Source: the human T2T-CHM13v2.0 reference genome, Homo sapiens. Taken from it: 64,000 bases of DNA. Location of the stretch: NCBI RefSeq assembly GCF_009914755.1, contig NC_060929.1; one strand, written 5' to 3'. Made by a program: the position numbers and the translations under genes. Shown here in pieces: positions 15,616 to 29,960 of the stretch. The notes under the pieces are model-generated. The model was not told the origin of the DNA. It did no database searches and saw only the letters and a program-made list of their open reading frames with translations. The first letter of the stretch is position 1; the number at the start of each line of letters is the position of its first letter.

Positions 15616-16193
15616 TATAGTAAGTGTTCTAATAACTTCTTTAGCTAACTAGATTTGTGGGGGAATGAATTAATGTTTTTCTGAAACCCTGCTCTCTTCT
15701 GGAGATAATGCTGGGTGCTTTACCTACTTTGCAATTGCCACTACTGAAAATCAATTGTTCTTTTTTAATTTCTCTAGAAAACTCTAAAAGCTAAATCTTA
15801 GGTGATTAAGGAACGTGCTCAATGGGTCTTAAGATGTCCATTAGGCATTAACACTCTTATTGCCTTCAAAGGCCACAACTACAGAATACTATGTAAAAGG
15901 TCACAATATATCTGAGAATTTGGTGGGAGGAGTGCTATAAAGTAATGGAAAGATGATTCCAGGAGCGAGTTCCAACCCATCCACTAATCGTTTTACATTA
16001 TCACAGTTTTGAACATATTTCTGAATTTCTCAGGGCATTGGTTTTTGTCATCTGACAAATCAAGAGCACAGTAATAGTATGACTCCATAATGTTGGGGTA
16101 AAGATTGGTATAATTAATACGGTATAAAAGCACAAAGAAGGTCCATAACAAAAGTAAGTATTATCTCACCTAGAATATTGGTATGCATTAAGC

Positions 16194-16565
16194 TAGGGCC
16201 ACAAACTCAAAAACCTACAAGGACTGGCTAGTGACAAGTAGATAAAAAGGCCCTGGGGAAAGTTGGGGGATGGTAGAGGTCTATGTTATTGGGGAAGGCT
16301 GGGAGATGGTAGGGGTCTGTGTCATTGATATTTTGGACTTGATGTCCCTGACCCTGTGGAAAGGTGAGTGGCTGCTCAGCCAGTTGTAATAATGTGTGAA
16401 TTTGGGCCTTCTTGCTAAATCTTATGACTTTTCAAGAGAAACTCATAATCTAAGTGTCTTAGTTTTTGCTTTCCTTTATTTTTTATTGAATACACTTTGT
16501 GGATCCAAAAAAACTACATCTGCCAGCCCAAAATAGCCCGTGGGTGCCTAATTTGAAACATCTGT
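16194..16565 (+). mobile_element. MER102-like hAT MITE with an internal 36-bp tandem duplication
   Basis: Termini 'tagggccacaaactcaaaaacctacaaggactggc' and 'gcccgtgggtgcctaatttgaaacatctg'. The duplicated unit lies at 16254-16289 and 16290-16325. Confidence 0.6.
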
Positions 16566-17865
16566 TATTATATGTCTCTTGATCTACATGACCCTGGGGT
16601 TTTCTTATCTGCATCTATCAGAAGAGGGAGATAATAATAGTACCTGCCCCCACAGGATTTTAGGGAAGAAGAAGAAATGTTTCTACTGTGAGTTTCAGAT
16701 CCCTTACTAGGGTGAGTTATGAAAGGAGACTAACAGAAGCCTGTTTCATGGAAACATCTGAGGTCAAGGAGCACACCTGGACACAGAACCCAGGATCAGG
16801 GTCGGAACCCAGGGCCAAGGATTTGCTTTCTCTACTCCCTGTGGCCTCTGTGAGCAAGTCTTTGAAGAGGTGCCAGCTTCCTTTTGCATCATTAATCCTG
16901 ACTGATCAGACACCACCTGCTTATGCCACGTTCAGGGACAACTGTAGACAGTGACTCAGGAATCAGCGGGACCCACAGACCAGGCAGTCTGGTCCCAGTC
17001 CCCTCAAACAGAAACTTGCTCCTTTCCCACATCTGTGCCTGGGTGTCACAGTCCTAATGTCAGGTATTTAATGAGATGTTGAGGAAAGCAAAGCAGTTGC
17101 TGAGACTGAAATATCAGCATTTGAGCCAAGGCGGAACCCAAGGGATTAGGTGTTGGATTCTAGTGCTATGGGGTAAAGCAAGTTTTGCAAGGTCATTGCA
17201 GCCTGAAAGATCACTATGATTTCAGTTCGTGCTGGAAGTTTTCAAAAATTGAAATCCTGAAAAAAAAAAACTGCTAACATATAGAAGATGCTTAAATCTC
17301 CACTGTCCGATATGGTAGCCACCAGCCACACACAGGAACACTCAGCTCATTATCTATTATATAGGAAGGGTAATATTGTTTCACTTTGTTGTTAGTGTTT
17401 TACACATATTAGCATTCCATAATAATCATTGAATCAATGAATGAAATAACTATAACTTCGTTTTTTTCTCCTTGAAGAAAGGGTCATATGTTTCTTCTGC
17501 CATTTTTTTAAATCTCAAAAATAGGGACAGTAATGGTTGCTAACTAGGCTTTGATAGATAAGAAGCTCTATGTTCTCTTTAGAAAAATGATCCTCTTTAA
17601 AGTCAAAGTATCATAATTCCATTGTAAATGAGTAAGATGATAAATGCCTTTTAAGCCTACTTGTATGATCTGAAGAAGTATCAAGAGCTAAAAAGAAAAA
17701 TAACATTTATAAAACACTTTTCAAGACACTTATGTGAACATTATCAATTTCTATCCTCCCTACAAGATAATGAGTTAGAGCAGGTAGTATTATCCTTTTG
17801 GTCAGTTTTTTTTTTTTTTTTTTTTTTTTTAAGTAAGCTGAGACTAGCCATATTTGAATTGTTTA

Positions 17866-18040
17866 GGGTGGGGTTTCTCAACCATGGGACTTTTGACATT
17901 TTGGACTGGAGAATTCTTTGTTGCACAGGACAGTCCTGTGTATCATAGTATATTCAGCAGCAACCTCAGCCTCTAGCCACCAGATGCTGTTTGTTCCCCC
18001 ACTCCCCCTTGTGACAACTAAAAATGTTTCCAGACATTCT
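17866..18040. mobile_element. MER20 hAT MITE
   Basis: 'gtttctcaaccatgggacttttgacattttggactggagaattctttgttg...gtgacaactaaaaatgtttccagacatt'. Confidence 0.8.
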
Positions 18041-18054
18041 TGCCTCATCTAGGC

Positions 18055-18228
18055 CTCATGAATGGTATTTGAGCAAAGACCTGAGTTAAGTGAAGGAGCC
18101 AGCTGTGCAGAGAGCCTGGAGAAGAGCCTTCTGGGCAGAGGGAGTAGCAGATACAAAGGTTCTGAGGCTGGATCCATTTAGTGTGTTCAGAGGACCAGTA
18201 AGAAGGTCAATGTGGCTGAGGTGGAGTT
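18055..18228 (-). mobile_element. L2 remnant
   Basis: 'atttgagcaaagacctgag...gtgaaggagccagctgtgcag...gcagatacaaaggttctgagg'. Confidence 0.6.
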
Positions 18229-20359
18229 GTATTCTTCTCACTTTGCCTCCTAGCCCCCATGATCAAGCACTTGCCTTAGATGAAATCTTTCCTTTGCTTA
18301 GGTGCATGTTCAATATTTAACAGGTGTCAGACTGAGACATTTTTAGAAGGCAAAGAATCTCAGATGTCTGACTGTGAGGGAGAAGGGAGTCACCCCAAGG
18401 TTGAGGGGAGAGAATTGATACAAATTGCAGCTGACACAGTACACAGGGGCATACTTGCAGTCAATGCTTACTGACTTCTGCTACACACCCACGTTCATGT
18501 TACCTCATTTTTGCATTTGTGCATCGATAACCAAACAGAAGGCGAGGCCTGGGCATTTGGCAACTTCATTTGTATGTGGAGTCAACCATGGGGTGCATTC
18601 GGATTATTTCTTTTCTTCTGCATTTCTTAATCTCTCTCTTGAGAGCAGTCACCTTGGTAACTACCCTGGTGCCTTGCACATGGACTATGGTGAGTAAAAT
18701 GTGTTTTTATGACCCTCAAAATAAGAGCCAAATACTACTTTATCCATTAAAAATGAGATTCACTTCTCTATGTGGCATTGTGGCCAGGTTTTTAAAAAAT
18801 ACCTGGTTTGGGGGCATTCCCGCTAACATTCTTACCAACTTTGAGACAGTGCTCAGAGCAAGTGCACTGAGCTAAATCGAGATGAAAGAGGCAATAATCT
18901 GCTGCCTAGTAGAATGGCTTTTGCAGCCTGATGTTAAAGGTTTCAGGATTTGAAGGTTAATCTGCAGCAGCAGAAGGAAACTGTTAGTACTTCCGCTAGT
19001 CTGAAATTGACATCCCAGAAACCGGCCCTTTCTAATAAACAGAGAAACAAACTCCAGTGAATCCCACATGTCAAGCCTAGACCTAAGGGAAATTACTCTG
19101 TGGGCTTCTGTCTGAATCCACTAAAAAACTCATACTCCAGTCAACGACATTGTCATTAAAGAAAAGGGAAACGTGAAATAATCCTAGCCTCAGAAATCTC
19201 TACCATTAACAGAAGGCCTTCTTTTTCCTGAAAAGATAGAGTATGTGAAGGCCACATCTCTATTTTTAAAATAAAGCAAGAGAAGTAACATTTATGGAGC
19301 ACACACAACATGCCATGTACTACACTAGGTGACTTGAATATGTTGTTAAATACTTTATAGAGGAGGAAACTGCAGATAAAAGTATCAAGTGACTTGCCCA
19401 AGGTCATGTAAGTAATAAAGAGCACAACCGGCATTTACGAATGGGTCTTCTCAGTGCTAAAGCTGCTACTGCAATACTCTGTAAAAGACATTTATAAATT
19501 CGAAGTTAAGGAAGAAAGTATTGAATTATTCCCTAAGCTAGTATCTTAATTATATAATTGCTTGTTAAACTGTACATTTTTTCAAGCTGTTCATATTCCC
19601 CTCTTATCCGGATACTCGGAAATGGCTTTTTTGTATTCCTGTACCTGGTCTCATTCTCACATATATATTAGTCATGGTTACAATATACAGTTTTTAAGAC
19701 TTTCTCATTAGAAGATATGGTGTGATGAAAAAGGTGGCTGAAATGATGAAAGATGATTGAAGAGTTTTTCTCGGGTCCCCTTGGAATGAATAACACATGG
19801 CCATTTATGTCACAGTGTTTCCTTCTACCTGAGCCTGGTAATTTCCAGGGGTCATCTTGGTTAAATTAGTTTTTAATTCCAAAATATTGTTGCTGGAAAT
19901 GTTCCCACTGGCCAATTCATATCTCCTGAATAATAGGATTTGAGCCAAAATTGAAAAGTGCCAGTAAAGTAAATGAGGAATATCTGCCATATAACCTTTG
20001 GAAACAAACTTTTTTTTTTTTCATAACGATTTTTACAAGTGTAAGAAGTTGTTACTGCAATGCATGTGTCTGACATTCCTAAGAAACAGAGGTACTCTTC
20101 AGGACATTCTCCAGCTAACTTGAGGTCTCCCTCACCAAACCTTTTAGACATGGACTGAGGGCTGTTTTATTCTATGCACTCATTTTGTGTATCTCTTTCT
20201 TCCACATTTTGAGTATAAGGGAGGCTTCCTGCTTGTTAATTTTTCTGACATACTCAAGTTGTACAGAATGTAGGAAAAAACTATTTCTTCCTTATACTCA
20301 AAGTATATAGAGAGAGCCATTAATAAAGGTGGAAAAAGGAAATGCTAGAGGGGCCTTCA

Positions 20360-20773
<414 letters not shown>

Positions 20774-22500
20774 TCAGCAGGGAAGTGATATTGGAGCTCT
20801 GAGGCAGGGAAGGAGAGAGAAGTGAAGCAGCTAGTCCAGCTGAGATCAGTTCAGAGCCAGGAAAAACTCCCCAGTGCAGAGAAAAGGTGAGAGATCCCCA
20901 GCAGTTCATGTTCCCACCAGGGACTCCTGCAATCCTAGTTACAGAAGAGCTCCTCAGGTTTTGCAGGTCCTGAAACTAGTATAGAGAGATACCATGCAAC
21001 AGCAGTGTTCCAGAGAGGGAGTCCACACTAGGTCCCACATCTCTCCAAAGACCCAAGCAACTGTAGCATGATGCCATTTTGAGATCCCAGCTCTCAGCAG
21101 ACTATATCCTGCCCTGAGGCCCAAGAATCCCTGCATCTCCACATTCCTGGAGCCCCACTGCCATCCCTTCATGTCCACCCAGAAACCTGTGTGTCACAGT
21201 TTTCTGGGTGGACATGAGGAGCTAGTGGTGCATCTAGATCTTCAGAACTCTATCACACATGATGTCCCTACTCCTTGGGAAACAGGCAATGCAGGGTACG
21301 CCAGAAAGGCTGCCCCTGAGACAAAGGAGACTGAAGTGGGCACTTCCAAAAACATCAGAACTGACTGCCTGAAGCCAGTGCCACTGATAACAACCCTGCC
21401 TCCTGCAGTAGCAGAGCTGTTGTGCACCTGTACATGCCTTCAAGGGGTCTTGGGACTGGCCCTGCTGGATGTCCTTTTGAAACCTGAGGATCTCCTCTGC
21501 CTATCACCACCCCTGCTAGTGCCCATCTGTACTATCCATGAGCTAGAAGGTCACCCAGCCCCACCCACTGATGTCAATGCCTGCATACACTATTGCAGGC
21601 CTGAGGACAGCATCATCTCACCTGCCACTGCCTGCACTTGTTATACAGGGGGCTGGGAATAGACCTGTCCCACCTGCCACCATTGGCACCTGCACTTGCC
21701 TTCCAGGGGCATGAGAATAGACCCCTTTTGCCTGCTGCCACCACGTGCATGTGCCTCCTGAAGGATCTGGGGACTGGCCTGCCCAGCCTGCAACTACCAC
21801 AGACACCCACCCACATGTGCCACTTGGGGGCCTGGGAACTGGTCCACTCAGCCAGCCTCCACCACCACCAGTGCCTATGTGTGCCCCTCAGGGTTCCAAG
21901 AATTGGTTCACTGCCCCTGTTACCACCACTGATACCACACATGCCACCCAGATGCTTGAGGACCCTCTGTCATCCAAGCCTACCTCTGCCACTGTCAGCT
22001 ATCAGTACCCAAGCACACCACCTGGAGGCCTAAGGAGAAGCTCACTCATACTCACTACCACCAGAGGTGGTATATGCTGCCAGGAACCCGAAGATGCATA
22101 CCCAGCCTGCTGCCATGATTATAAGTGTTTGAAGACTAGTGCAACTGGGATCCCTGTCTCAAGCAAAGCCTCACCACAGCTTTCACTAACAACTTCAGCC
22201 TAAGCCACTGACAGCATAACTTGCAGACACCATTCATTCTAATTAAAACTGAAGAAATCATATAGAGATCACACTACTGCACCTACCCAGAATCAAAGCC
22301 AAAGCATCCTACTCAATCAACACTATAGATGCATGTAGAGGAAAAAATCTTTCCCTATGGTAGCCAAGACATAAAATAAGAAAAATCCACTGTTACACCA
22401 GATGTGCAGATAACAATGTAAGTTCAAGAAATATTAAAAAGCAAGAAAACCTGACACCTCCAAAGGAACACAATAATTCACCATACAAGAGCTTAACAAG

Positions 22501-22866
<366 letters not shown>

Positions 22867-25800
22867 TCAGTGAGACATGAAAGAAAAAAAAATACAAAGA
22901 ATTCAGAAAAAATTCATAATCTCAATAAGAAATGTAACATATATTATATATATATATATATATCAAAATGAATCAACAGAAATCCTGGAGCTGAAGAATT
23001 TAATGAATAAAATAAAAATGGAAAGCTTTAACAGTAGACAAAATCAAGCAGAAGAAAGAACTTCTGAACTTGAAGACAGGTATTTTTTTTTTTTTTTTTT
23101 TTTAAATAACCCAGTTAGACAAAAAATAAAAAGAAAACAGTGAAAAAAGTCTGCCTAACATATGGGACACCATGAATATTAGAATTTAGGGAGTTCCCAA
23201 AGGAGCTGGACAATGGCATAGAAATCCTATTTAATCATGTAATAGCTAAAAGCTTTTCAATTTTTACAAAAGGTGTAAGCATCAAATAGAAGCTCAAAAC
23301 CCCCCAAATGGATTCAACCCAACAAGGTCTTCTCTAAGGCTTATTATAGTCAAATTGTCAAAAGACAGAGTGAGAATTCTAAAAAGAAAGAGAAAAGTCA
23401 CATATGAGGGAATTCCTCATCAAACTAACAGAGATTTCTCCATATAAATCTTACAGGCCAGGAGAGAATGGGATGATACATTCAAAGTTAAGAAAGAAAA
23501 ATAAAAAACTGCAGCCAAGAATACTCTACCTAGAAAATCTATTATTCCAAAGTAAAAGAGAAATATTTCTCAGAAAAGCAAAAACTGAGGAAATTCATTA
23601 TCACAAGACCAATCCTCCAAGAAATGCTTAAAGGAGTCTTACATCTGGAAGCCAGAACATGATATCTACCATCATGAAAACACATAAAAGTATAAAACTC
23701 ACTGCTAGAGCAGATACACAAATCAAAAAGAGAAAGAAGTCCAACATTACCACTACAGAAAACCACCAAACTGCAAAAATAATAAGAGGGGAAGAATGGA
23801 ACAAAGTGTATCCAAAGCCAGAAAGCAACTAATAAAATGACAGGAATGATTTCTATCAATAAAAACCTTGAATGCAAATGGATTGAACTTTCCACTGAAA
23901 ACATATAGACTGGTTGAATGGATTAAAATTAATAATAACTATATGCTACCTACGAGAAACTCACTTCACCTGGATAGACACATTTAGATTGCAAGTGAAG
24001 GAATGGAAAAAGGGATTTCATGCAAATGGAAACCAAAAGAAGCAGGGGTAGCTTTTCTTATATCAGATAAAACACACTTTAAATCAAAAACTGTAAAAAG
24101 AGACAAAGATGATCATTATATAATTACAAAAGGATCAATTCAGCAAGAGGATATAATAATTCTAAATATACAAGCACCCAAAACCAGAGTATCTAGGTAA
24201 TATATATATAAAGCAAATATTATTGGATCTAAAGAGAAAGATAGACTCCTATACAGTAATAGTTGGGGACTTCAACACTGCTCTCAGCGTTGGAAAGATC
24301 ATTTGCACAGAAAACAAAGGCATCAGATTTAGATAGTATTTCAGACATAATGGACCCAACAGATGTTTACAGAACATTTCATTCAACAACTGGGTAATGC
24401 ACATTTTTCTCAACTATACATAGAACATTATCCAGGATAGACCATTTGTTAGGTCACAAAACAAGTATCAACAATTGTTTTTTAAAAATCAAACATATCT
24501 TGCATCTCCTCAGACTGCAATGAAAAAAATAGAAGTTAACAACAACAGGAACTTTGGAAACTGTGCAAATACATGGAAATTAAACAACATGCTTCTGGAT
24601 GATCATTAGGTCAATAAAGAAATTAAGAAAATCAAAAACATTTTTGAAACAATGGAAAATGGAAACACAGCATACCTAAACCTATGCGATACAGGAAAAG
24701 CAGCACTAAGAGGAAAGTTTATAGCAATAAGCACCTACACCAAAGAAAGTGGAAGGATTTCTAATAAACAACCTAATGATACACAACCTCAAGAAAAGCA
24801 GGAATAAACCAATCCCAAAATTAGTAGAAGGAAAACAAATAATAAAGATCACAATAGAACTAAATAAAATAGAAACTAAGAAAAAATACAAAGGATTAAT
24901 AAAGTAAAAAATCTGATTTTTGGTGAGATAAAATGGATAAAGCACTACCTAGACCAACCAAGAAGAAAAGAGAGAGGACTCAAATAATTAAAATTAGAAA
25001 CAAAGGAGACATTACAACTGATCCGACACAAATGCAAGGATAAAGACTATTATAAACAACCAAACTCTAACAAATTGGAAAATCTAGCGGAAATGGATAA
25101 ATTACTGGACACATAAAATGAACAAAGATTGAACCAGGAAGATACAGAAAACACGAACGGAACAAAAATGAGTAATGACATTGAATCAGTAATTAAAAAT
25201 CTTCTAACAAAGATGAGCCCAGGACGAGATGCCTTTACTGCAGAATTCAACCAAACGTACAAAGAACTAACACTAATTCTTCTTAAACTGCTCCCAAAAA
25301 TAAAGAGAAAGGAATCCTTTCTAACTCATTTTATGAGGGCAGCATTACCCTGATTTCAAAACCAGACAAGGACACAAGAAAAATAGCAAATGACAGGCCA
25401 ATATTTCTAATGAACATAGACTCGAAAATCCTCAACAAAATACTAGTAAACCGAATGTAACATATCAAAAAAAAAAATACACATAATCAAGTGGAATTTA
25501 TCCCAGGGATTACAAGGATGGTTCAATATATGCAAATCAATAAATGCAGTACAGTACATCAACAGAATGAAGGACAGAAACTATATAATCCTCTCAAGAA
25601 ATGCAGGAAAAGTGTTTTATAAAATTCAACGTCCCTTAATGATAAGAACTCCCAATAAATTAGGCATAGAAGGGACGTACCTTGACATACTAAAGGTCAT
25701 ATATGACAAACCCACAGCTATCCTCATGCTGAATAGGGAAAAGCTGAAAGCCTTTCCTGTAAGGACTGAAAAAAGACAAGGATGCCCACTTTCACTGCTC

Positions 25801-27479
25801 TTATTCAACATAGTACTAGAAGTTCTAGCAAGCGCATTCAGTCAGGAGGAAAAAATTAAAAGTTATCCAAACTGGAAAAGAGGAACTCAAATTGTCCCTT
25901 TTCACATAGAATGATCTTATATGTAGAAAAACCTAAATACTCCACCAGAAAACTCTTAGAAATGACAAACGAATTCAGTAAAATTTTTGTACAAAAATTA
26001 GAAGTATTTCTAAACACCAATAGAAAACTAGCTGAAAAAGAAATGAAGCAGTCTCATTTATAATTGCTACCAATAAAAAATGAAATAAAATACCCAGGAA
26101 CAAATTTAACCAAGGAGGTAAAAGAGCTCTGCAAGAAAAACTATAAAACACTGATGAAAGAAATTGAAGAGAACATAAGCAAATGGAAAAACATCCCCTG
26201 ATCATAGATAGGAAGAATTAATATTGTTAAAATGACCATATTACCCAAACTAATCTATAGATTTAATATAATCCCTATCAAAATACCAATGACACTCTTC
26301 ACAAAGTACAAAAAACAGTCTCAACATTTGTGTGTAACCACAAAAGACTCTGAATAGCCAAACACTGAGCAAAAAGAACAAAGCTTGAGGCATCACACTA
26401 CTTGATCTCAAAATGTACTACAAAGCTGTAATAACCCAAATAGCATGACATTCTTATAAAAATGGACACATAGACCAGTGTAGTAGAATAGAGAATCCCA
26501 AAATGGATCAGCGTATTTGCAGCCAACAGATTTTCAAAATATTATGTGCACTCCATAAATAAGTACAATCATGTATCAATGAAAATTTTTTAAAAACATA
26601 AACATAAATAAAGATAAAGGTAAATCTTTTAAGACTCTTCTAGAAGCATGTAGACTACAAACCTAACTAGAAGCACCCTACTTTAATTTCTAATTGGCTG
26701 CAGTAATTGTAAATTCTTACCAAACTATGCCCAACATGTTTTCATTTCATTAAGCAGTTATCTTATTAGTACCTGTGGTAGTCCCATTCCTAGCAAGATC
26801 AAGATTACCCTGAGCTCTTTGTAGTTGTGACATAACTCATTTTTATATAGCCACGTTTTCATCTTGAGCCTGGCATCTCATTCTGGGAGGGATCCTAAAA
26901 AATTTTTTAACTTGTTGCTTGACAACTCCTGATACTGTTCTATAATTGGGTTTCCCTGTCATCAGAAGTAGAGGTGACTGTCAGTCTGTGACAATGATGG
27001 CTATTGTTACCACAAAGCCTAAAAAAAGTCTTATGTCCTCTAAAAAAGAGAGAGAATGATTGCATGTCTTTCAGGAGTGTGTGATGGATATAGAGATTGT
27101 GTAACATGTATGAATCCTTTTTGAAAGTTACTTTTAATTCATTGTCATTCTCACTTGCATTTTGATAAACATCTCTTTCTAGAAACTACATCTGGGAATA
27201 AACTTCTCTAGTATTTTATTAGTTGGAGTTCTCCAGAGTTACATCATTCATAGAATACATATGTGTATGTGTGTGTATGGATTTTTATCATAAGGAATTG
27301 GCTCATGTGGTTAGGGAGGCTGACAAAATCCCACATCTGCAATCTGCAACCTGGAGACTCAGGAGAACTGATGGCATAGTTCCAGTCTAAGTCCAAATGC
27401 CTAAGACCCGCAAAAATCAATATTTCGATTCCAGTCTCAAGGCAGGAAAAAATCCTCCCCTACTCAAAGACAGTCAGCT

Positions 27480-28333
27480 TTATTTACCTATTTTAAATGA
27501 TAAAATTAAATAGTATAGATATTTACTATGTACAACATGATTTTTTTAAAAATTATTATACTTTAAGTTCTGGGATACATGTGCAGAACATGCAGGTTTG
27601 TTACATAGGTATACACGTGCCATGATGGTTTGCTGCACCCATCAACCCGTCATCTACATTAGGTATTTCTCCTAACGCTATATCTATCCTAGCCCCCACC
27701 ACCCGATAGGCCCTGGTATGTGATGTTCCCCTCCCTGTGTCCATGTGTTCTCATTGTTCAACTCCCACTTATTAGTGAGAACATGTGGTGTTTAGTTTTC
27801 TGTTCTTGTGTTAGTTTGCTGAGAAGGATGGTTTCCAGCTTCATCCGTGTCCCTGGAAAGGACATGAACTCATCATTTTCTATGGCTGCATAGTATTCCA
27901 TGGTGTATATGTGCCACATTTTCTTTATCCAGTCTATCATTGATGGGCATTTGGGTTGATTGCAAGTCTTTGCTATTGTGAACAGTGCCGCAATAAATAT
28001 ACATGTGCACGTGTCTTTATAGTAGAATGATTTATAATCCTTTGGGTATATACCCAGTAATGGGATTGCTGGGTCAAATGGTATTTCTGGTTCTAGATCC
28101 TTGAGGAATCACCACACTGTCTTCCACAATGGTTGAAACGACATGATGTTTTGATATATTTATACATTGGAGAATGGCTGAATCAAGCTAATTAACATAT
28201 CTATTACTTCAGACACTTAGTTTTAAGGGTGAGAACACTTGAAATCTATTAGCAATGTTGACCATACAATAACTTGTTGTTAAATATAGTCATCATGTAC
28301 AATGCATCTCTTGAATTTACTTTACCTGTCTAA
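27480..28333 (-). mobile_element. L1MA-type 3' end, split by a younger L1PA
   Basis: 'atatttactatgtacaacatgat' continues after the L1PA as 'gttttgatatatttatacattggagaatggctgaatcaagctaattaacat...gtgagaacacttgaaatcta'. Confidence 0.75.
27541..28137 (-). mobile_element. L1PA (about PA7) 3' 600 bp, 5'-truncated
   Basis: 'attatactttaagttctgggatacatgtgcagaacatgcagg...'. ORF 27758-27940 is the ORF2 C-terminus (WIKKMWHIYTMEYYAA). TSD acaacatgat / acgacatgat. Confidence 0.92.
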
Positions 28334-29589
28334 CCCAGAATAATGTTTAACCAAATCTCTTGGCACCCCTTTGCCTAATCAACTTGACATGTAAAATGAG
28401 CCATCACAGCCACTATCCCAAATAAGGTTTAATAAATCATTATGATTGGGTTCCCTATGGATTTTTAATCTTCACTGTTACCAGGCTATCTGCCCTTCTT
28501 GTTGAGGGAATTACCCCAACTCTGGATATCTGAAACTTCTCAGATTATTAATGATTCCCTTTTTAAAGGATGGATTGGCTGGTAGGAAAGCTGTGGGTAA
28601 TACCTGGCATGGTAGTTAAAAGGGCAAAGGGAGGGAATTAAGTCCTTTTAACCAATTTTGGTCTCTCAGTATTTAATGATTTGTTGATTTCCAGTTAAAA
28701 TTATTAAACGACTATCTTACCCAGGGAAGAAAGCAGCCTCAATTTTGGCAAATTAAAACAATCACTTCTGCTTTCATTTTCTTCAGTAGGTTGTAATATT
28801 GAGTGAGTCCTAATTTTATTCACCTTCTGCTAGGAAATGTCTAAGACAAATTTCTGGCACACTCCCTTTCACATCTTTATACCTGCCTCTCACGGCCTTC
28901 ATCCCACATCCTCTTGACACTGGAAGCTCTGCTATGGGTCCTCTTTTCTTTTCCTCTTAGACAAGCCTCTCAGAGCATATCAAATCAAGTAAGTGCTAAA
29001 TTGGCATGGCGGGGTGTCACTGCCATAGGAAATCAGAGAAGGTAGTTTGAAGATAAAGCAAGAAGGGAATAAATGTGGGAGCTGGGGCCTGGAGGATGGA
29101 TGGGGCCAGCAGTCACTATAGGGCTGCTGTTGAACATATACAGTGTTCCAGGCACCACATGAAGCAAATCAAATGTGCATGCATACACATAGCCTTCCAA
29201 GAGAGATACTGTTAGTACCTTTTCACACATGAAGAAAGACCCAGAAAAGATTCTTTGACTAGTAAGTGATGGGACCTGGACTCAAAAAACTCTTTTTTTT
29301 AATCCCCTCCTATTTTTTTTTTTTTTTGAGGACTCTAACACTCACACCTATGGTTTGAACTTTTGGATTCCAAAACCTATGGTCTAAACAATAGTGTCTA
29401 TGGATTTTGCTAGGCAAAGGAAGGAGGGAATAAATTCCAAAAAAAAATTATTTAAGTTTAACAAAATCACAGGATCTATTATAAGACAGTTCTTTACTAG
29501 AAAGTTATTTTTGGAATTTATTCTGAGGCATGAATTCATCAGAGTTTGTTTCCAAACTTTCACAGAAGTCTTAGAATATAAAATGTAAA

Positions 29590-29960
29590 TCAGCTCCCGT
29601 CATTGCCCTGCTTAACGTATTCCATTGGTGTCTAGTCACACAAATAATAAAAAATCCAAATTCCTCGTGGTATCTTCTTCAAGATGCTCTATTGATCCTT
29701 CTTCCTTCCCACTTTTCTGAATTCATCTCCTATTCCTCCCTACCTTGTGTAGAGGGGGTGTGATTCAACTCTGATCACATTGGCTGATGCCATTCTTGGT
29801 GATCCTCAAATGTACCATACTCATTCTCCCTGTACTCAGACCTTCCCAGGCCTGGCTTCCTCACTTCATCTGGGATTCTTAGAGACAACTTATTGGACCT
29901 CCAGTCTTAAGTATATCCTACCCTCTCTCTTCCTACTCTGCCTCATTCTTCTTTAGGGCG
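29590..29960 (+). mobile_element. L2 remnant
   Basis: 'tcattgccctgcttaac...aaaatccaaattcctc...ctggcttcctcacttcatc'. Confidence 0.5.

Larger units (their letters stand above)
27212..28408 (-). mobile_element. MLT2 (ERVL) LTR interrupted by nested L1 pieces
   Basis: Left part 'ttagttggagttctccagag...aaggaattggctcatgtggttagggaggctg' runs to about 27480. Right part 'acccagaataatgtttaaccaaat...aacttgacatgtaaaatgagccatcaca' lies at about 28333-28408. Confidence 0.8.

Noticed and set aside
16360-16720. Isolated strong donors (AAG|GTGAGT, AGG|GTGAGT)
   Set aside because: No convincing paired acceptor with a good pyrimidine tract. Such decoys are frequent in long introns.
21171-22203. Overlapping 109-163 aa ORFs
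   Set aside because: They lie in the GC-richer, repetitive L1 5'UTR, occur on both strands, and resemble no protein family I recognise.
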